From Dehalococcoidia bacterium (GTDB taxonomy: Bacteria; Chloroflexota; Dehalococcoidia; Plut-88900): DNA of 64,000 bases. A model generated the notes under the pieces. It was not told the DNA's origin. It did not search any database and saw only the letters and a list, made by a program, of their open reading frames with translations. The position numbers and the translations under genes were made by a program. The stretch lies in assembly GCA_965197645.1 (NCBI GenBank), contig OZ240219.1:1920001-1984000 (forward strand). Direction: 5' to 3'. This document shows, in pieces, positions 38,710 to 48,797 of the stretch (position 1 is its first letter; each line of letters starts with the position of its first letter).

Positions 38710-39750
38710 ATGACCACAAAGACCGTTGACGGCAGGGCGGAGACCTACTCCCGCCCTGCGGCCCGGTTCGACTCCTCGGGCAACCTGGAGATCAGGGCCT
38801 CGGCGGCGAGCAACTGCCGCAGGGCCCTCTGGTACGAGGCGACGGGACACCGGGTCTCCAACCCGCCCAACGGAGAGTCCCTGACAATGCTGGAGGCGGG
38901 CAACGCCCTCGAGCCCGTCGTGCTCAAGGCGATGGAGCGGGCCGGATGGGAGGTTGTCCCCGCCGGTTCCCGGGAGCCCCAGCAGGTGTCGGTGCGGGCG
39001 CGGCCCAACCTGGTGGTTACCGGCCACCCCGACGCCACGGGTACGATGCCCATCTTCGGCGGCAGGGCGGTGATAGAGGTTAAGACCAGGGCAACGGAGG
39101 CGTCCAGGCGGTGGAAGGCGTTGGGGGCCGAGCGCAGCCACCCGGCCTCGGTGGCCCAGGCCGCCTTCTACACCCTGGGGGTGTTCGGAGAGCTGCGGGA
39201 CGCGGTGATAGCCACCATGGACACGGGCAACAGGACGTGGGACTACGAGGTGATACCCGCCGTCCGGGTGGGCCGGGTCCTGGAAGAGGCCTGCCGGCGG
39301 CTGGGCGAGCTTAGCGCTCACCACGAGCTCCGCGGGCCGGACCCCGGCGTCCTGCCGGAGCGGGACTTTCCCCCTCAGAGCTGGCAGTGCCGGGGCTGCC
39401 CGTTTCTCGATACCTGCATGCCGGGAGAGGGCCAGCCGGAGGAAGAAAAGGAGATAGATAGAGATGAGGTGAGCGACGAAGAGGCAAGAGAAGCGGTGGA
39501 GGCTTATACCGAGGCCCGGGAGGCGTTGAGGAAGCCCGAGAGGGCCAAGCGCGCCGCCCTGGACACCCTGAAGGCCTGGATGCGCCACCGGGGAGACGGG
39601 AAGGCAACCGTCGGAGGGCGCACCGTCAGCCTGGTCAGATCCAGGAGGTACTCGGTGGACTACAGGAGGCTCAACGCCGTTCTCGACCCCGAGACCCGCT
39701 CCGAGATAGTGACCGAGAACGTCTCCCAGCACGTACGGGTGACCCCGTAA
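38710..39750 (+). CDS. Cas4-like/PD-(D/E)XK exonuclease
   Basis: NCRRALWY, GHPD...IEVKT, QAAFY and CRGCPFLDTC Fe-S-like cysteines. Confidence 0.75.
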   Translation: MTTKTVDGRAETYSRPAARFDSSGNLEIRASAASNCRRALWYEATGHRVSNPPNGESLTMLEAGNALEPVVLKAMERAGWEVVPAGSREPQQVSVRARPNLVVTGHPDATGTMPIFGGRAVIEVKTRATEASRRWKALGAERSHPASVAQAAFYTLGVFGELRDAVIATMDTGNRTWDYEVIPAVRVGRVLEEACRRLGELSAHHELRGPDPGVLPERDFPPQSWQCRGCPFLDTCMPGEGQPEEEKEIDRDEVSDEEAREAVEAYTEAREALRKPERAKRAALDTLKAWMRHRGDGKATVGGRTVSLVRSRRYSVDYRRLNAVLDPETRSEIVTENVSQHVRVTP

Positions 39751-39892
39751 CAGGTACGGGGCATGTTCTAGACGCCCACCCCAGGAGAGGGGCGCAGCAC
39801 GGGGCCGTCTTCCCTCTACAGGGGACGGCCCCGCATTCGTTTTAGAGGACGCCAGTGAGACGGCGCCACATCACACAAGGAGGGAAAAAACA

Positions 39893-40270
39893 ATGGCAAG
39901 GACGATCAACAGCGTACAGCTCTTGGGCAGGGTGGGAACCGACCCGCAGATGCAGTACACCCCCAACGGCACCGCCGTGGCCAAGCTACGGCTGGCCACC
40001 GACCGCTACCGCAAGGAGGGCGAGAACGAGACGGACTGGCACGACATCGTGGTCTGGAGCAAGCAGGCCGAGGCGGTGAACCAGTACGTCGGCAAGGGCG
40101 ACCGGGTCTACATCTCCGGCCGCCTGGTGCAGAACACCTGGGAGGGAGAGGACGGCCAACGGCGCCACCGCACCGAGGTCCACGCCTCGGAGGTCGTCTT
40201 CCTTGACTCCAGGAACGGTAACGGCGGCGCCAAAGAGGATCAGACCGTAGAGGACGACATGCCCTTCTAG
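39893..40270 (+). CDS. ssb: Single-stranded DNA-binding protein
   Basis: INSVQLLGRVGTDP, TDWHDIVVW and acidic tail EDDMPF. Confidence 0.95.
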   Translation: MARTINSVQLLGRVGTDPQMQYTPNGTAVAKLRLATDRYRKEGENETDWHDIVVWSKQAEAVNQYVGKGDRVYISGRLVQNTWEGEDGQRRHRTEVHASEVVFLDSRNGNGGAKEDQTVEDDMPF

Positions 40271-40389
40271 CCCGCTCGACCTAAAGCCAAACAGCGACGC
40301 CCGCCACGGCCGGGCGCACCACGGGGCCGCTCCCTGGCATAAGGGAGCGGCCCCGCTCTCATTTTCAACCGGTGAAGAAGGAGGCCGAC

Positions 40390-40899
40390 ATGACCCGCAA
40401 GAAGACCCTTACAAAGGATGCGGCGCTGCTGGACGCACTACGCAGCAACCTGGACCTGCTGGGCGAGCTGGCGGTGCGCTACGAGGTCGAGACCCATCCG
40501 CAACGTCCGGCGGACCCGCCCGCCGTCAACTGCCCCCGGGACGTCTGGAAGCTGCTGGGGCAGGAGATGTCCGCCCTGGCCCAGGAGCAGCTGCGGGTGC
40601 TGCTCCTCGACACCAAGAATCTGGTCGCCGGCCAACGGGTCGTCTACCAGGGCAACATCTCCTCGACCATCGTCAGACCCGCCGAGGTGCTGCGCCCCGC
40701 CGTCATAGAGGCGGTCCCCCACGTCATCATCGTCCACAACCACCCTTCAGGAGACCCTGCGCCCAGCCCGGAGGACGCAGCCGTCACCCGGGATCTGACA
40801 CAGGCGGCCCAACTGCTGGGAATTGACCTCCTCGACCACGTGGTCATCGGTAGCGAGCAGTTCGTCAGCCTCAAGGAAAGGGGCCTCATGTCTGGATAG
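40390..40899 (+). CDS. radC: RadC-like JAB domain protein
   Basis: QEQLRVLLLDTKN, HNHPSGDPAPSPED and LLDHVVIG motifs. Confidence 0.9.
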   Translation: MTRKKTLTKDAALLDALRSNLDLLGELAVRYEVETHPQRPADPPAVNCPRDVWKLLGQEMSALAQEQLRVLLLDTKNLVAGQRVVYQGNISSTIVRPAEVLRPAVIEAVPHVIIVHNHPSGDPAPSPEDAAVTRDLTQAAQLLGIDLLDHVVIGSEQFVSLKERGLMSG

Positions 40900-40932
40900 G
40901 ACACAAGAGGCCGAGAGATAAAGGAGCACGGC

Positions 40933-41262
40933 ATGACAGACCGACTAGAGGACGAGGACGTCGGGAACGCGCCCATCAAGTGGAAGATCCAGGGGGCCGG
41001 GATGGCCATGGCAGGCGGGTTCGTGGCCCTGGTGGACAGGGACTCTGACCCGGTCCCTTGCATGGTTTACAAGGGACCGGAGGAGGGCAGGGAGGCCCAT
41101 GAGAGAGCGTGCCGGGAGACCTGGGCCACCGCATGGGTGTTGGAGGGCGACACCCTGGAGGAGGCAAGGAAGGCCCTGACTGAGTCCCGCTTCCTGGGGG
41201 CCGTCTACCACCTGAGCGACTGTGAGCTTCTGGACGACCGTCCTGCGAAGGACGCTGCCTAG
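40933..41262 (+). CDS. Hypothetical protein
   Basis: AAGGAG RBS, in operon orientation. Confidence 0.55.
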   Translation: MTDRLEDEDVGNAPIKWKIQGAGMAMAGGFVALVDRDSDPVPCMVYKGPEEGREAHERACRETWATAWVLEGDTLEEARKALTESRFLGAVYHLSDCELLDDRPAKDAA

Positions 41263-41353
41263 GGCAAGACAACACATCGACCCCTATCTGGGGCCCACGC
41301 GGAGCCAAGTGCTCCCCGCGCATCGAATCAACCTACACCACAAGGAGGTAGCA

Positions 41354-42001
41354 ATGCTCGCGACTCACAACATAGACCCCGAGGACCTGCACACCATCTC
41401 CGCCGGGGGGTTCTCGGCCACGGTGGACGCCTTCGCACGCGACGACCGCACCGAGGGCCTCTGGTTCGTCTCCATGGTCGGCTCCCAGACCGCGCTCAAG
41501 GCGATCTGGGCCTCGCTGCTCAAGCAGCCCCCCGACACTGCCCACATCAACAGGGGCGCCGACGGGATGCCCCTCTCCGGCGGCTACCAGCGCTGCGTCA
41601 TCCCCTACGAGACCATCGGGACGTGGACTACCAAGATCGCCCGGCTTCCCGTCTCGGGGGGATGGCACGCGCTGGTGTACACCAAGCAGGCGGAGTTCGG
41701 CTTCGAGAAGGACTCCTTCTTGCTGCTGGCTCAATCCAATAAGGAAGCTCCCGCGCTACACCACCGCTTTCTCGACAAGCGCAGCCCTCTGCCCCTGCAC
41801 GGCTCCTGGGCCGGCTGGCTCTGGGAGCGGGGCATCAGGGAGGAGGAGATAGTGCCTCTACAGGCGATGGGGGTATCGGCCTACCGGTGCTCTCCCAAGG
41901 CCGAGAAGCTCAGGGAGGACCTGTCTGCTGCCGTTGGATCGGGCAGGCTAACACTGCCTGCCTCGCCGTCGGACAGGCCAGGGGAGGTTTCCCATGGATA
42001 G
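41354..42001 (+). CDS. Hypothetical protein upstream of the methylase
   Basis: AAGGAGG RBS; SPLPLHGSWAGWLW motif. Confidence 0.6.
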   Translation: MLATHNIDPEDLHTISAGGFSATVDAFARDDRTEGLWFVSMVGSQTALKAIWASLLKQPPDTAHINRGADGMPLSGGYQRCVIPYETIGTWTTKIARLPVSGGWHALVYTKQAEFGFEKDSFLLLAQSNKEAPALHHRFLDKRSPLPLHGSWAGWLWERGIREEEIVPLQAMGVSAYRCSPKAEKLREDLSAAVGSGRLTLPASPSDRPGEVSHG

Positions 42002-42401
42002 AACACTGAAGAGGGTCACATACCGCAACAGGCGGCGCAGCCGGCGCAACTGGAAGGCGTGGCAGCTCTTCTCCCACGACGGGGAGACGTGCCGCTTCTG
42101 TCCTCACGGAGCCGCCGACCACCTCACTTCGTCAGGGCAGCCCCACTTCTACCGGCCTGCCACTGAGGCGGAGCGGCGCGACCTCTCGGTCACCCTCTAC
42201 TACTACACCCTGCCGGGAGGTGGATCCATGCTGGTCAAGAGGATGATCGTCGCCAACCGCGCCGAGCTGATTACCGCCTTCTGTGGCACCTGCGCCCAGA
42301 GCATGGGAACGGACCAGGTGCTGTGCTTCCAGCGCAACCTGGCGATAGGCGAGCTGATCGGGCTACAGACCAACGACGAGGACATCGAAGTCGCCGCCTG
42401 A
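41994..42401 (+). CDS. Hypothetical protein with CxxC pairs
   Basis: CRFCPH and CGTC motifs; overlaps the previous gene. Confidence 0.55.
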   Translation: MDRTLKRVTYRNRRRSRRNWKAWQLFSHDGETCRFCPHGAADHLTSSGQPHFYRPATEAERRDLSVTLYYYTLPGGGSMLVKRMIVANRAELITAFCGTCAQSMGTDQVLCFQRNLAIGELIGLQTNDEDIEVAA

Positions 42402-42425
42402 ACGCGGCGGGAAAGGAGTTACGAC

Positions 42426-43463
42426 ATGAGACTGGCAGCCCAGGCGAAAGGGGGCTACTATCCCACTCCCCAGCGGGTGGTGGACCTGATCGCCGACCTG
42501 ATTCGGACTCCCCCAGGCCGTTACCACCGGGACATGGAGACGCTGTGCATCCTCGACCCCTGCTGCGGGGCCGGGGACGCCCTCCAGAGGCTGGCGGAGC
42601 GCCTCGACCGGCCCAATGCCATCTCCATCAAGACCTACGGCGTGGAGCTGCACCGGGACCGGGCTGAGGACGCGGCGCGGCGCCTCGACCGCACCCTGGC
42701 CTCAGACCTGTTCGCCACCGCCATAGCCAACGGGGCCTTCGGGCTGCTCCTGCTCAACCCTCCCTACGACTGGGACTCGGAGGACAAGCGCGTCGAACAC
42801 GCCTTCCTGACCCACTGCACCCGCTACCTGGCCGAGAAGGGGCTCCTGGTGTTCATCGTGCCGAGGCAGCGCCTGGCGGTCTCGGCCCGCTACCTGTCCA
42901 CCCACTACGAGCGAATGCGCTGCTGGGCCTTCCCGGCTCCCGAGCGCGAGGCCTTCGACCAGGTGGTTCTGATGGGCTGCCGGAAGAAGGACCCGGTTCC
43001 CGACGCCTCCGCGGAGGGCATGGTGCTGGAGTGGTCGTACGGGGAGCCGGAACCGCTGGACTCCTATACCTACCCGGAGTACACCCCGGCCACGTCGCCC
43101 ATCGGAGACATCCTGTTCACCACCCGCACCGTCGATCCCGTTGCTGCGGCGGCCGAGGCCAGGCGGTCGGGGCTGTGGGCCAGCAAGGAGGTCACCGACA
43201 CGCTGTGGCCGGTGAAGGACAGCCGCACCCGGCCCCTGATGCCCCTGAGACGGGGGCACCTGGCGATGCTGGTGGCGGCGGGGTTCCTGGACAACCTGGT
43301 CCTGGAGGCCGAAGGGCACCGCATCCTGGTCAAGGGGCGGACCTCCAAGGAGATGGAGCTGGTGGAGGACTCCCCCGAGAAGGAGGTCCACCGGGAGATG
43401 CTAATCACGACCGTGGTGGCCCTCGACCTGGACGGCGGAGAGATCGCCGACATCGCAGCATAG
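42426..43463 (+). CDS. DUF6094-type SAM-dependent DNA methyltransferase
   Basis: GYYPTP, LDPCCGAG, YGVEL and LNPPY motifs. Confidence 0.85.
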   Translation: MRLAAQAKGGYYPTPQRVVDLIADLIRTPPGRYHRDMETLCILDPCCGAGDALQRLAERLDRPNAISIKTYGVELHRDRAEDAARRLDRTLASDLFATAIANGAFGLLLLNPPYDWDSEDKRVEHAFLTHCTRYLAEKGLLVFIVPRQRLAVSARYLSTHYERMRCWAFPAPEREAFDQVVLMGCRKKDPVPDASAEGMVLEWSYGEPEPLDSYTYPEYTPATSPIGDILFTTRTVDPVAAAAEARRSGLWASKEVTDTLWPVKDSRTRPLMPLRRGHLAMLVAAGFLDNLVLEAEGHRILVKGRTSKEMELVEDSPEKEVHREMLITTVVALDLDGGEIADIAA

Positions 43464-43731
43464 ACGGCTCATACCGAGCCGCATCACGAGGCCCTGGCGG
43501 TTTCATCGCCCGGCGGTTCTCGCAACGTGAAGAGACACAGAAACACCGTAGACCGAATAAGAGGGCGCTTCACGGCGCTCCCCTGCACCCCGCCTCGGGG
43601 CGCCCTCAAATCCACTCACCTCCCGGGGCGCAGTGGGCGAGGTGCGCCCTGCTCCAGGACCGCTCATGCGACTGGGGTAGGCGTTAGGTGCTTCCGGGGC
43701 TCCGTGGATGTCCTCACGAAAGGAGACATCC

Positions 43732-46086
43732 ATGAACCTGGGAGAGTTCATAGACAAGTTCAAGGAGGCCATCGCGAGACGGGTGGTCGAGTCCTACCCG
43801 CCGCTCTACCGGCCATCGGAGAACGGCGGCACCCTGCCTCGACTGCTCCGCAAGCCCCTGGGGGCGCAGGCCGATGCCATCAAGGGCGCGGCCCTCTCGC
43901 TCCGGACCCACCGGGGCACCACCGTGGTAGGCGAGATGGGCACCGGCAAGACCTTCATCGGAGCGGCGGCGGCCCACATGGCGGGCTTCAAGAGGATACT
44001 GGCCCTCTGCCCGCCGCACCTGACCAGGAAGTGGAAGCGGGAGGTGGAGCAGACGGTGCTGGACGCTCGCGCAGTCATCGTCACCTCCATCACCGACCTG
44101 GAGAAGCTCCGCCACGTCACCAGCTCAGGGCCTCTCTTCGCGGTGATGAGCCGGGAGCGAGCGAAGCTCTCCTACCGCTGGAAGGCCGCGGTCAACTACC
44201 GGTGGGCCACCTCCAGGGGAAGGCTCATCAGGGAGGAGGAGACGGGGGAGCCCTTCCGGGTCCCCTGCTGCCCTGCCTGCACGACGCAGATTACGGACAG
44301 GGACGGGGTGCCCCTGGCCGACGCCGACCTGAACCGCCGCAAGCACACCTGCGCCAGCTGCGGCTCCCCCCTCTGGCAGGCCGACGGGTCCGGCCCGAAA
44401 CGCTACCCCCTCAGCGACTACGTGAAGCACCGGATGAGAGGCTTCTTCGACCTGCTCATCGGAGACGAGGTGCACGAGTTCAAGGGGCGAGGTTCCGCAC
44501 AGGGCATAGCGGCCGGCGTCCTCGCCGACGCCTGCGGCAGGTCCCTCAGCCTGACCGGGACCCTCCTCGGCGGCTATTCCTCCACCATCTTCCACCTGCT
44601 CTACAGGTTCTCACCCGAGATCAGGACGGAGTTCGGGCGCTCCGACGAGGGCCGCTGGATAAAGCGCTACGGCTTCGAGGAGCACACCATCGGCAAGCCC
44701 GACGACGATGCGCTGGAGGACGGAAGGTTCAGCCGACGCCGCAAGTACCGCAAGGTGATCAGGGAGAGGCCCGGGCTGGTCCCCTCAGCCCTGTTCCACA
44801 TCATCCCCAACACCGTCTTCCTCCGCCTCTCCGACGTGGCCTCCGGGCTGCCCGACTACGAGGAGCAGATCCTCCTGGCCTCGATGGACACCGAGGAGGA
44901 CGGCACGGGCTACTCCCAGCGCACCGCCTACAACACGGTGTTCGAGGAGCTCCGCAAGGAGCTGGCCAGCGCGCTGAAGAGCGGTTCCAAGCGCCTGCTG
45001 GCGACCTACCTGCAGACCCTGTTGGCCTACCCCGAGGGCTGCACCAGGGGCGAGACGGTGTTCGACCCCAGGTCGGGCGACGTCATCGTGCAGGTGCCGC
45101 CCCTGTCCGAGGAGAGGCTCTACCCCAAGGAGAAGGCGCTGGTCGACCTGGTGGCGGCGGAGCGGATGGAGGGAAGGCGGGTGCTGGTCTACGCCACCCA
45201 CACCGGCACTAGGGACATCACCAAGCGCATGGAGGAGATCCTCACCCGGCACGGCTTCCGGGTGGCGGTGATGAAGGCCGACGCGGTGGCCCCGGAGAAG
45301 CGGGAGGCCTGGGTGGCCGACAGGGTGGAGCAGGGCATCGACGTGATGGTCTGCCATCCCAGGCTGGTGCAGACGGGCCTCGACCTCATCGACTTCCCCA
45401 CCCTGGTCTGGTTCGAGACTGATTACAGTGTTTACGTGTCCAGGCAGGCGTCCCGCCGGTCGTGGCGCATCGGGCAGACCCTCCCTGTGAAGGTGGTCTA
45501 CATGAGTTACCGGAACACGCTGCAGGCGGACGCCCTCAAGCTGGTGGCGAAGAAGCTGCAGAGCTCCCTCGCCGTCGAGGGCGAGCTGCCGGAGGATGGG
45601 CTGGCCGCCTACGGCGACGACGGCGACGACGGCGACGACCTGATGATGGCCCTGGCCCGCAGGATCGTCAGCGGCGAGGAGGCAGCAGACGAGACCGAGA
45701 CTGTGGAGGAGGTGTTCGCCCAGGCCAGGGACGCCGAGAGCGAGGCCGAGGAGCTGCTGGTAGACGAGGGCTGGAAGCCGGTGGAGACCGAGTCGGAGAC
45801 GGTCGAAGCCAACGGCAACGGACACCACGACGACCTGTTCGCCCCCATGGTCGAGCTGGCACCGGTTAATGGACACGCCCCGGTCCCGGTCAGCTGCAAT
45901 GGTAACCGCGACGGCGAAGAGGCCCCGGAGCCCCAGCAATCGCTGTTCTCCTGGGCCGAGTTCATGGCCGAGGCGCCGGTCAAGCCCAAGCCCCGCAACG
46001 GGAAGCCCCAGCCCGCAAGCCTCTCGATGTTCGAGTGGGCGATGGAGCAGGAACGGGAGAAGGAGCCGGTCGGCGCGGGGCGCTAG
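43732..46086 (+). CDS. SNF2-like SF2 helicase
   Basis: GEMGTGKT, DEVHE, LTGT, TGLDL and QASRRSWRIGQ motifs. Confidence 0.85.
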   Translation: MNLGEFIDKFKEAIARRVVESYPPLYRPSENGGTLPRLLRKPLGAQADAIKGAALSLRTHRGTTVVGEMGTGKTFIGAAAAHMAGFKRILALCPPHLTRKWKREVEQTVLDARAVIVTSITDLEKLRHVTSSGPLFAVMSRERAKLSYRWKAAVNYRWATSRGRLIREEETGEPFRVPCCPACTTQITDRDGVPLADADLNRRKHTCASCGSPLWQADGSGPKRYPLSDYVKHRMRGFFDLLIGDEVHEFKGRGSAQGIAAGVLADACGRSLSLTGTLLGGYSSTIFHLLYRFSPEIRTEFGRSDEGRWIKRYGFEEHTIGKPDDDALEDGRFSRRRKYRKVIRERPGLVPSALFHIIPNTVFLRLSDVASGLPDYEEQILLASMDTEEDGTGYSQRTAYNTVFEELRKELASALKSGSKRLLATYLQTLLAYPEGCTRGETVFDPRSGDVIVQVPPLSEERLYPKEKALVDLVAAERMEGRRVLVYATHTGTRDITKRMEEILTRHGFRVAVMKADAVAPEKREAWVADRVEQGIDVMVCHPRLVQTGLDLIDFPTLVWFETDYSVYVSRQASRRSWRIGQTLPVKVVYMSYRNTLQADALKLVAKKLQSSLAVEGELPEDGLAAYGDDGDDGDDLMMALARRIVSGEEAADETETVEEVFAQARDAESEAEELLVDEGWKPVETESETVEANGNGHHDDLFAPMVELAPVNGHAPVPVSCNGNRDGEEAPEPQQSLFSWAEFMAEAPVKPKPRNGKPQPASLSMFEWAMEQEREKEPVGAGR

Positions 46087-46183
46087 ACCGCAGTTCACGG
46101 GGAGGGGCCGCCGTCAACGGAGCGACGGCCTCCCCCGCATGAGGCATCGGAGCAAGACACCAACGACTGAAAGGAGACTAGTC

Positions 46184-46381
46184 ATGGCAAGAGTGTTCGT
46201 ATACGACGACCGCGAGTTCCCTGACCCCGACCCCGAGATGAGCGTCGACCAGGTGAAGGCAACCCTCTCCGACTTCTACGGGGAGATCGCCAACGCCTCG
46301 GTGAAGGAGACCACGAGGGGCGACGACACCATCTACGAGTTCCAGAGGCGGGTGGGCACCAAGGGCGCCTTCACCCGGTAA
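46184..46381 (+). CDS. PRTRC system protein C (prokaryotic ubiquitin-like)
   Basis: RVFVYDDREFPDPDPEMSVDQVK...FY.EIANA...YEFQRRVGTKG followed by AFTR; AAGGAG RBS. Confidence 0.85.
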   Translation: MARVFVYDDREFPDPDPEMSVDQVKATLSDFYGEIANASVKETTRGDDTIYEFQRRVGTKGAFTR

Positions 46382-46393
46382 GGAGGGCATCCG

Positions 46394-46624
46394 ATGGACA
46401 ACCGGACCTTCACGGGCCTGCTGACGGCCTCGCCGCCAACGGCCCTGCGCATCCTCGAGCTCACGGCGGAGCTCACACGGCCCGACGGCTCCCTGGACCT
46501 CGACGCGGCGGCCGCACGGCAGAAGGACGTGGAGATGGCCTGCACCCAGGCCCAGGATTACGCCGCCTCAACGGGACGGCTCAAGGAGGCGCTACGGTGG
46601 CAGCTGCGGCCCCGGCGCTCCTGA
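46394..46624 (+). CDS. Small hypothetical protein in the PRTRC operon
   Basis: AGGAGG RBS, position in the operon. Confidence 0.55.
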   Translation: MDNRTFTGLLTASPPTALRILELTAELTRPDGSLDLDAAAARQKDVEMACTQAQDYAASTGRLKEALRWQLRPRRS

Positions 46625-47442
46625 GCGGCCTCGCCCAGATGCTCCTGCGGCGTCCGCCGTCGCTGCGGGAGCTTGTGACCATCGTCGGGTACGCCGACGA
46701 CTACGCATGGTTCGCGGGGCTGGTGCGCCGCCTCTTTCCCAATGAGGCTGAGGCGACGCTCTCGGCCCCCGACGTGCGCACCAGGGTGGAGCGCTTCGCC
46801 AACCTCTTCGCCGAGCGCCACTTCCCCCTCTATGGGCCATTCATTGACCTGTGGGCAGACGACGGGGACGACCCGCCCTGGTCCTGGCTGCGTCAGGGAA
46901 TCCCCTTCGACCTGATGGGCTTCGGATACGACAGCCTGCACGAGCTGTGGCATGGCTACCGGGAGGGCCTCTCGGCTCTCGTCCTCCTGGCCAAGCCCCC
47001 CGAGGCCTACTACGAGGGACCCGACGGGATGCGGACGGCGTGGCTGGAGTCGGCCGTCGAGCGCATCCCCAAAGAGACCCTGGAGAGGATCCCCCAGGGC
47101 GGCATACCCCTTGAGGATCTGGCGGAGGCGTTGAAGGGCTCGAAGTTCGAGGGGGCGGCTCAGGCCGCCTCCTGGGTATTCGCCGAGACCGGAAACTTCT
47201 TCTTGGACCATTGCTATGACGATGGCATGTACGACGGTTTCGCTGACCCCTGGGAGGACGAGGTCATCGCCGAGGGCGCAGAGGAGTGGAGCAAGGCCAA
47301 GGCCCTCATGGAATCGGTGTGCAAGCTGGCCGACTGGCTGGAGGGGGACCTCCCCGGCCGCTTCGCCGAAATGCTGGACTTCGTCCTGGGGCGGCTTCCC
47401 AACCAAGAGCAAAAACAGGAGGACAACGACCATGACGACTGA
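46597..47442 (+). CDS. Hypothetical protein, positional equivalent of PRTRC protein F
   Basis: 281 aa helical, acidic ORF between the Ubl and E2-like genes. Confidence 0.5.
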   Translation: MAAAAPALLSGLAQMLLRRPPSLRELVTIVGYADDYAWFAGLVRRLFPNEAEATLSAPDVRTRVERFANLFAERHFPLYGPFIDLWADDGDDPPWSWLRQGIPFDLMGFGYDSLHELWHGYREGLSALVLLAKPPEAYYEGPDGMRTAWLESAVERIPKETLERIPQGGIPLEDLAEALKGSKFEGAAQAASWVFAETGNFFLDHCYDDGMYDGFADPWEDEVIAEGAEEWSKAKALMESVCKLADWLEGDLPGRFAEMLDFVLGRLPNQEQKQEDNDHDD

Positions 47443-48142
47443 GGCTGAGAAGACCCGGTGGTCCCTGCCCGGCCCGGACGACATGCCCAGGGACAAGCTC
47501 CAGTTGCAGTTGGAGGTCTACGACGAGACCATCCTGCTGCGGGGCTTCGAGGGAGACTTCGTCTGGGTCAGGACCGTCTCGGCGGACGAGATCGCCAACG
47601 TCTTCACCCAGCATCTGGGGTTCTCCTCCGGCCTGCTGCCGGAGGATGCCCTCTGGTGGAACCAGGGCGAGACCGGGCAGGTGGTGGCCCTGTGGAGGCC
47701 GCCCCAGGTGTGGCCAGTGACCCTGCAACGGGAGGCGTTCAAGCCCCCCGCACGACTCCGGCTTCCCATGCCGGGGCTGGTCTTCGCCTGCTCACCGGGC
47801 CGTGCCCCCTGGGCCTACGCCGCGCTGAGCAGGCCGACCGACCCCGATGAGCAGCTCTACCGGATGCCCGCCTTCAACGTCTTCGGCGACGGGCGGGTCT
47901 GCCCCGGAAGCCACCGGTTCCCCGGGGAGGTGGGACTGATACCCGAGTCCTTCTTCCAGTCCTACTTCTCCCTTACCGGAGACACGCACAACCGCTCGAA
48001 GAAGCACCCCGACAACCTGCAATCGCTATGGGAGGAGTTGGATGGAAAGACCGAATATCCCGTTGAGGACCTCGTTCCCCAGTGCACGGTGGCCCACGCC
48101 ATGGCGGTCTCCGAGGGGAAACGAAGCTATGGCCACCGCTAG
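47432..48142 (+). CDS. PRTRC protein B-like (prokaryotic E2 family D)
   Basis: PMPGLVF...LYRMPAFNVFGDGRVCPG...FFQSYFS with a putative active-site Cys. Confidence 0.8.
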   Translation: MTTEAEKTRWSLPGPDDMPRDKLQLQLEVYDETILLRGFEGDFVWVRTVSADEIANVFTQHLGFSSGLLPEDALWWNQGETGQVVALWRPPQVWPVTLQREAFKPPARLRLPMPGLVFACSPGRAPWAYAALSRPTDPDEQLYRMPAFNVFGDGRVCPGSHRFPGEVGLIPESFFQSYFSLTGDTHNRSKKHPDNLQSLWEELDGKTEYPVEDLVPQCTVAHAMAVSEGKRSYGHR

Positions 48143-48791
48143 CGGCGGGCCTGCCGCGACCGACGGCCCGAAGCCGGTGGGCTACCTGGTCAATCACGAG
48201 GACGGGCTGACCGGTGCCCACGGCATCGGCTTCAACTACGTGCTCGGAGCGGGCGGCCTCTACGTCCAATCCGAGAGCGCCCACCTGACAGCTCGGGTGC
48301 TGGTGGCCCCCTGCAAAGTGCGGGGGCTCGCGCCCATAACCGAGAGGGCGGAGCTCACCCACGGCCGCATCCCGGCCCGCCTCTTTGAGTTGGGGCTGCG
48401 CTGGTTCCAGGACGACCCCGACACCGAGCGGCTCTTCGCCGTACGGTGGGACGGGCGCTCCTACCGGCTGGTGGTCCCGCCGCAGGCCGGGACTGCGACG
48501 TCCCTCTCCTACGAGCCCCCCGCCGGGGTGGTGGCCGAGCTCCACTCCCACGGGACCTCACGAGCCTTCTTCTCGGCCACCGACGACGGGGACGAGCAGG
48601 GCTTCCGAATATACGGGGTGGTGGGAAGGCTCGACATCCCTCAACCGGAGTTGAGCCTTCGGGTCGGCGTCTACGGCCACTTCGGCCCGACGCAGTGGTC
48701 GCAGGTGTTCGACGGCCCGCACCCCGGTCTCCGGCTGACGAGCGAGGACCCGGAGCCAACGGGAAAGCCTAACGAACCTACAGGGAGGTAA
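48129..48791 (+). CDS. PRTRC protein A-like JAB peptidase
   Basis: ELHSHGTSRAFFSATDDGDE...IYGVVG JAMM motif. Confidence 0.85.
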   Translation: MATASGGPAATDGPKPVGYLVNHEDGLTGAHGIGFNYVLGAGGLYVQSESAHLTARVLVAPCKVRGLAPITERAELTHGRIPARLFELGLRWFQDDPDTERLFAVRWDGRSYRLVVPPQAGTATSLSYEPPAGVVAELHSHGTSRAFFSATDDGDEQGFRIYGVVGRLDIPQPELSLRVGVYGHFGPTQWSQVFDGPHPGLRLTSEDPEPTGKPNEPTGR

Positions 48792-48797
48792 AGAAAA

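Larger units (their letters stand above)
38642..40356 (+). repeat. Three related GC-rich intergenic hairpins CGGGGCC...GGCCCCG
   Basis: At 38642-38670, 39800-39833 and 40322-40356, each between a stop codon and the next RBS. Related hairpins at about 46099-46137 and 50680-50716. Confidence 0.7.

Noticed and set aside
38710-39750. Cas4-like nuclease as evidence for CRISPR-Cas
   Set aside because: No cas1/cas2 or array; the context (Sak, SSB) fits a mobile-element recombination module.
45613-45639. GGCGACGAC x3 microrepeat in the helicase gene
   Set aside because: In-frame 9-bp slippage in an acidic linker; not a phase-variation tract.
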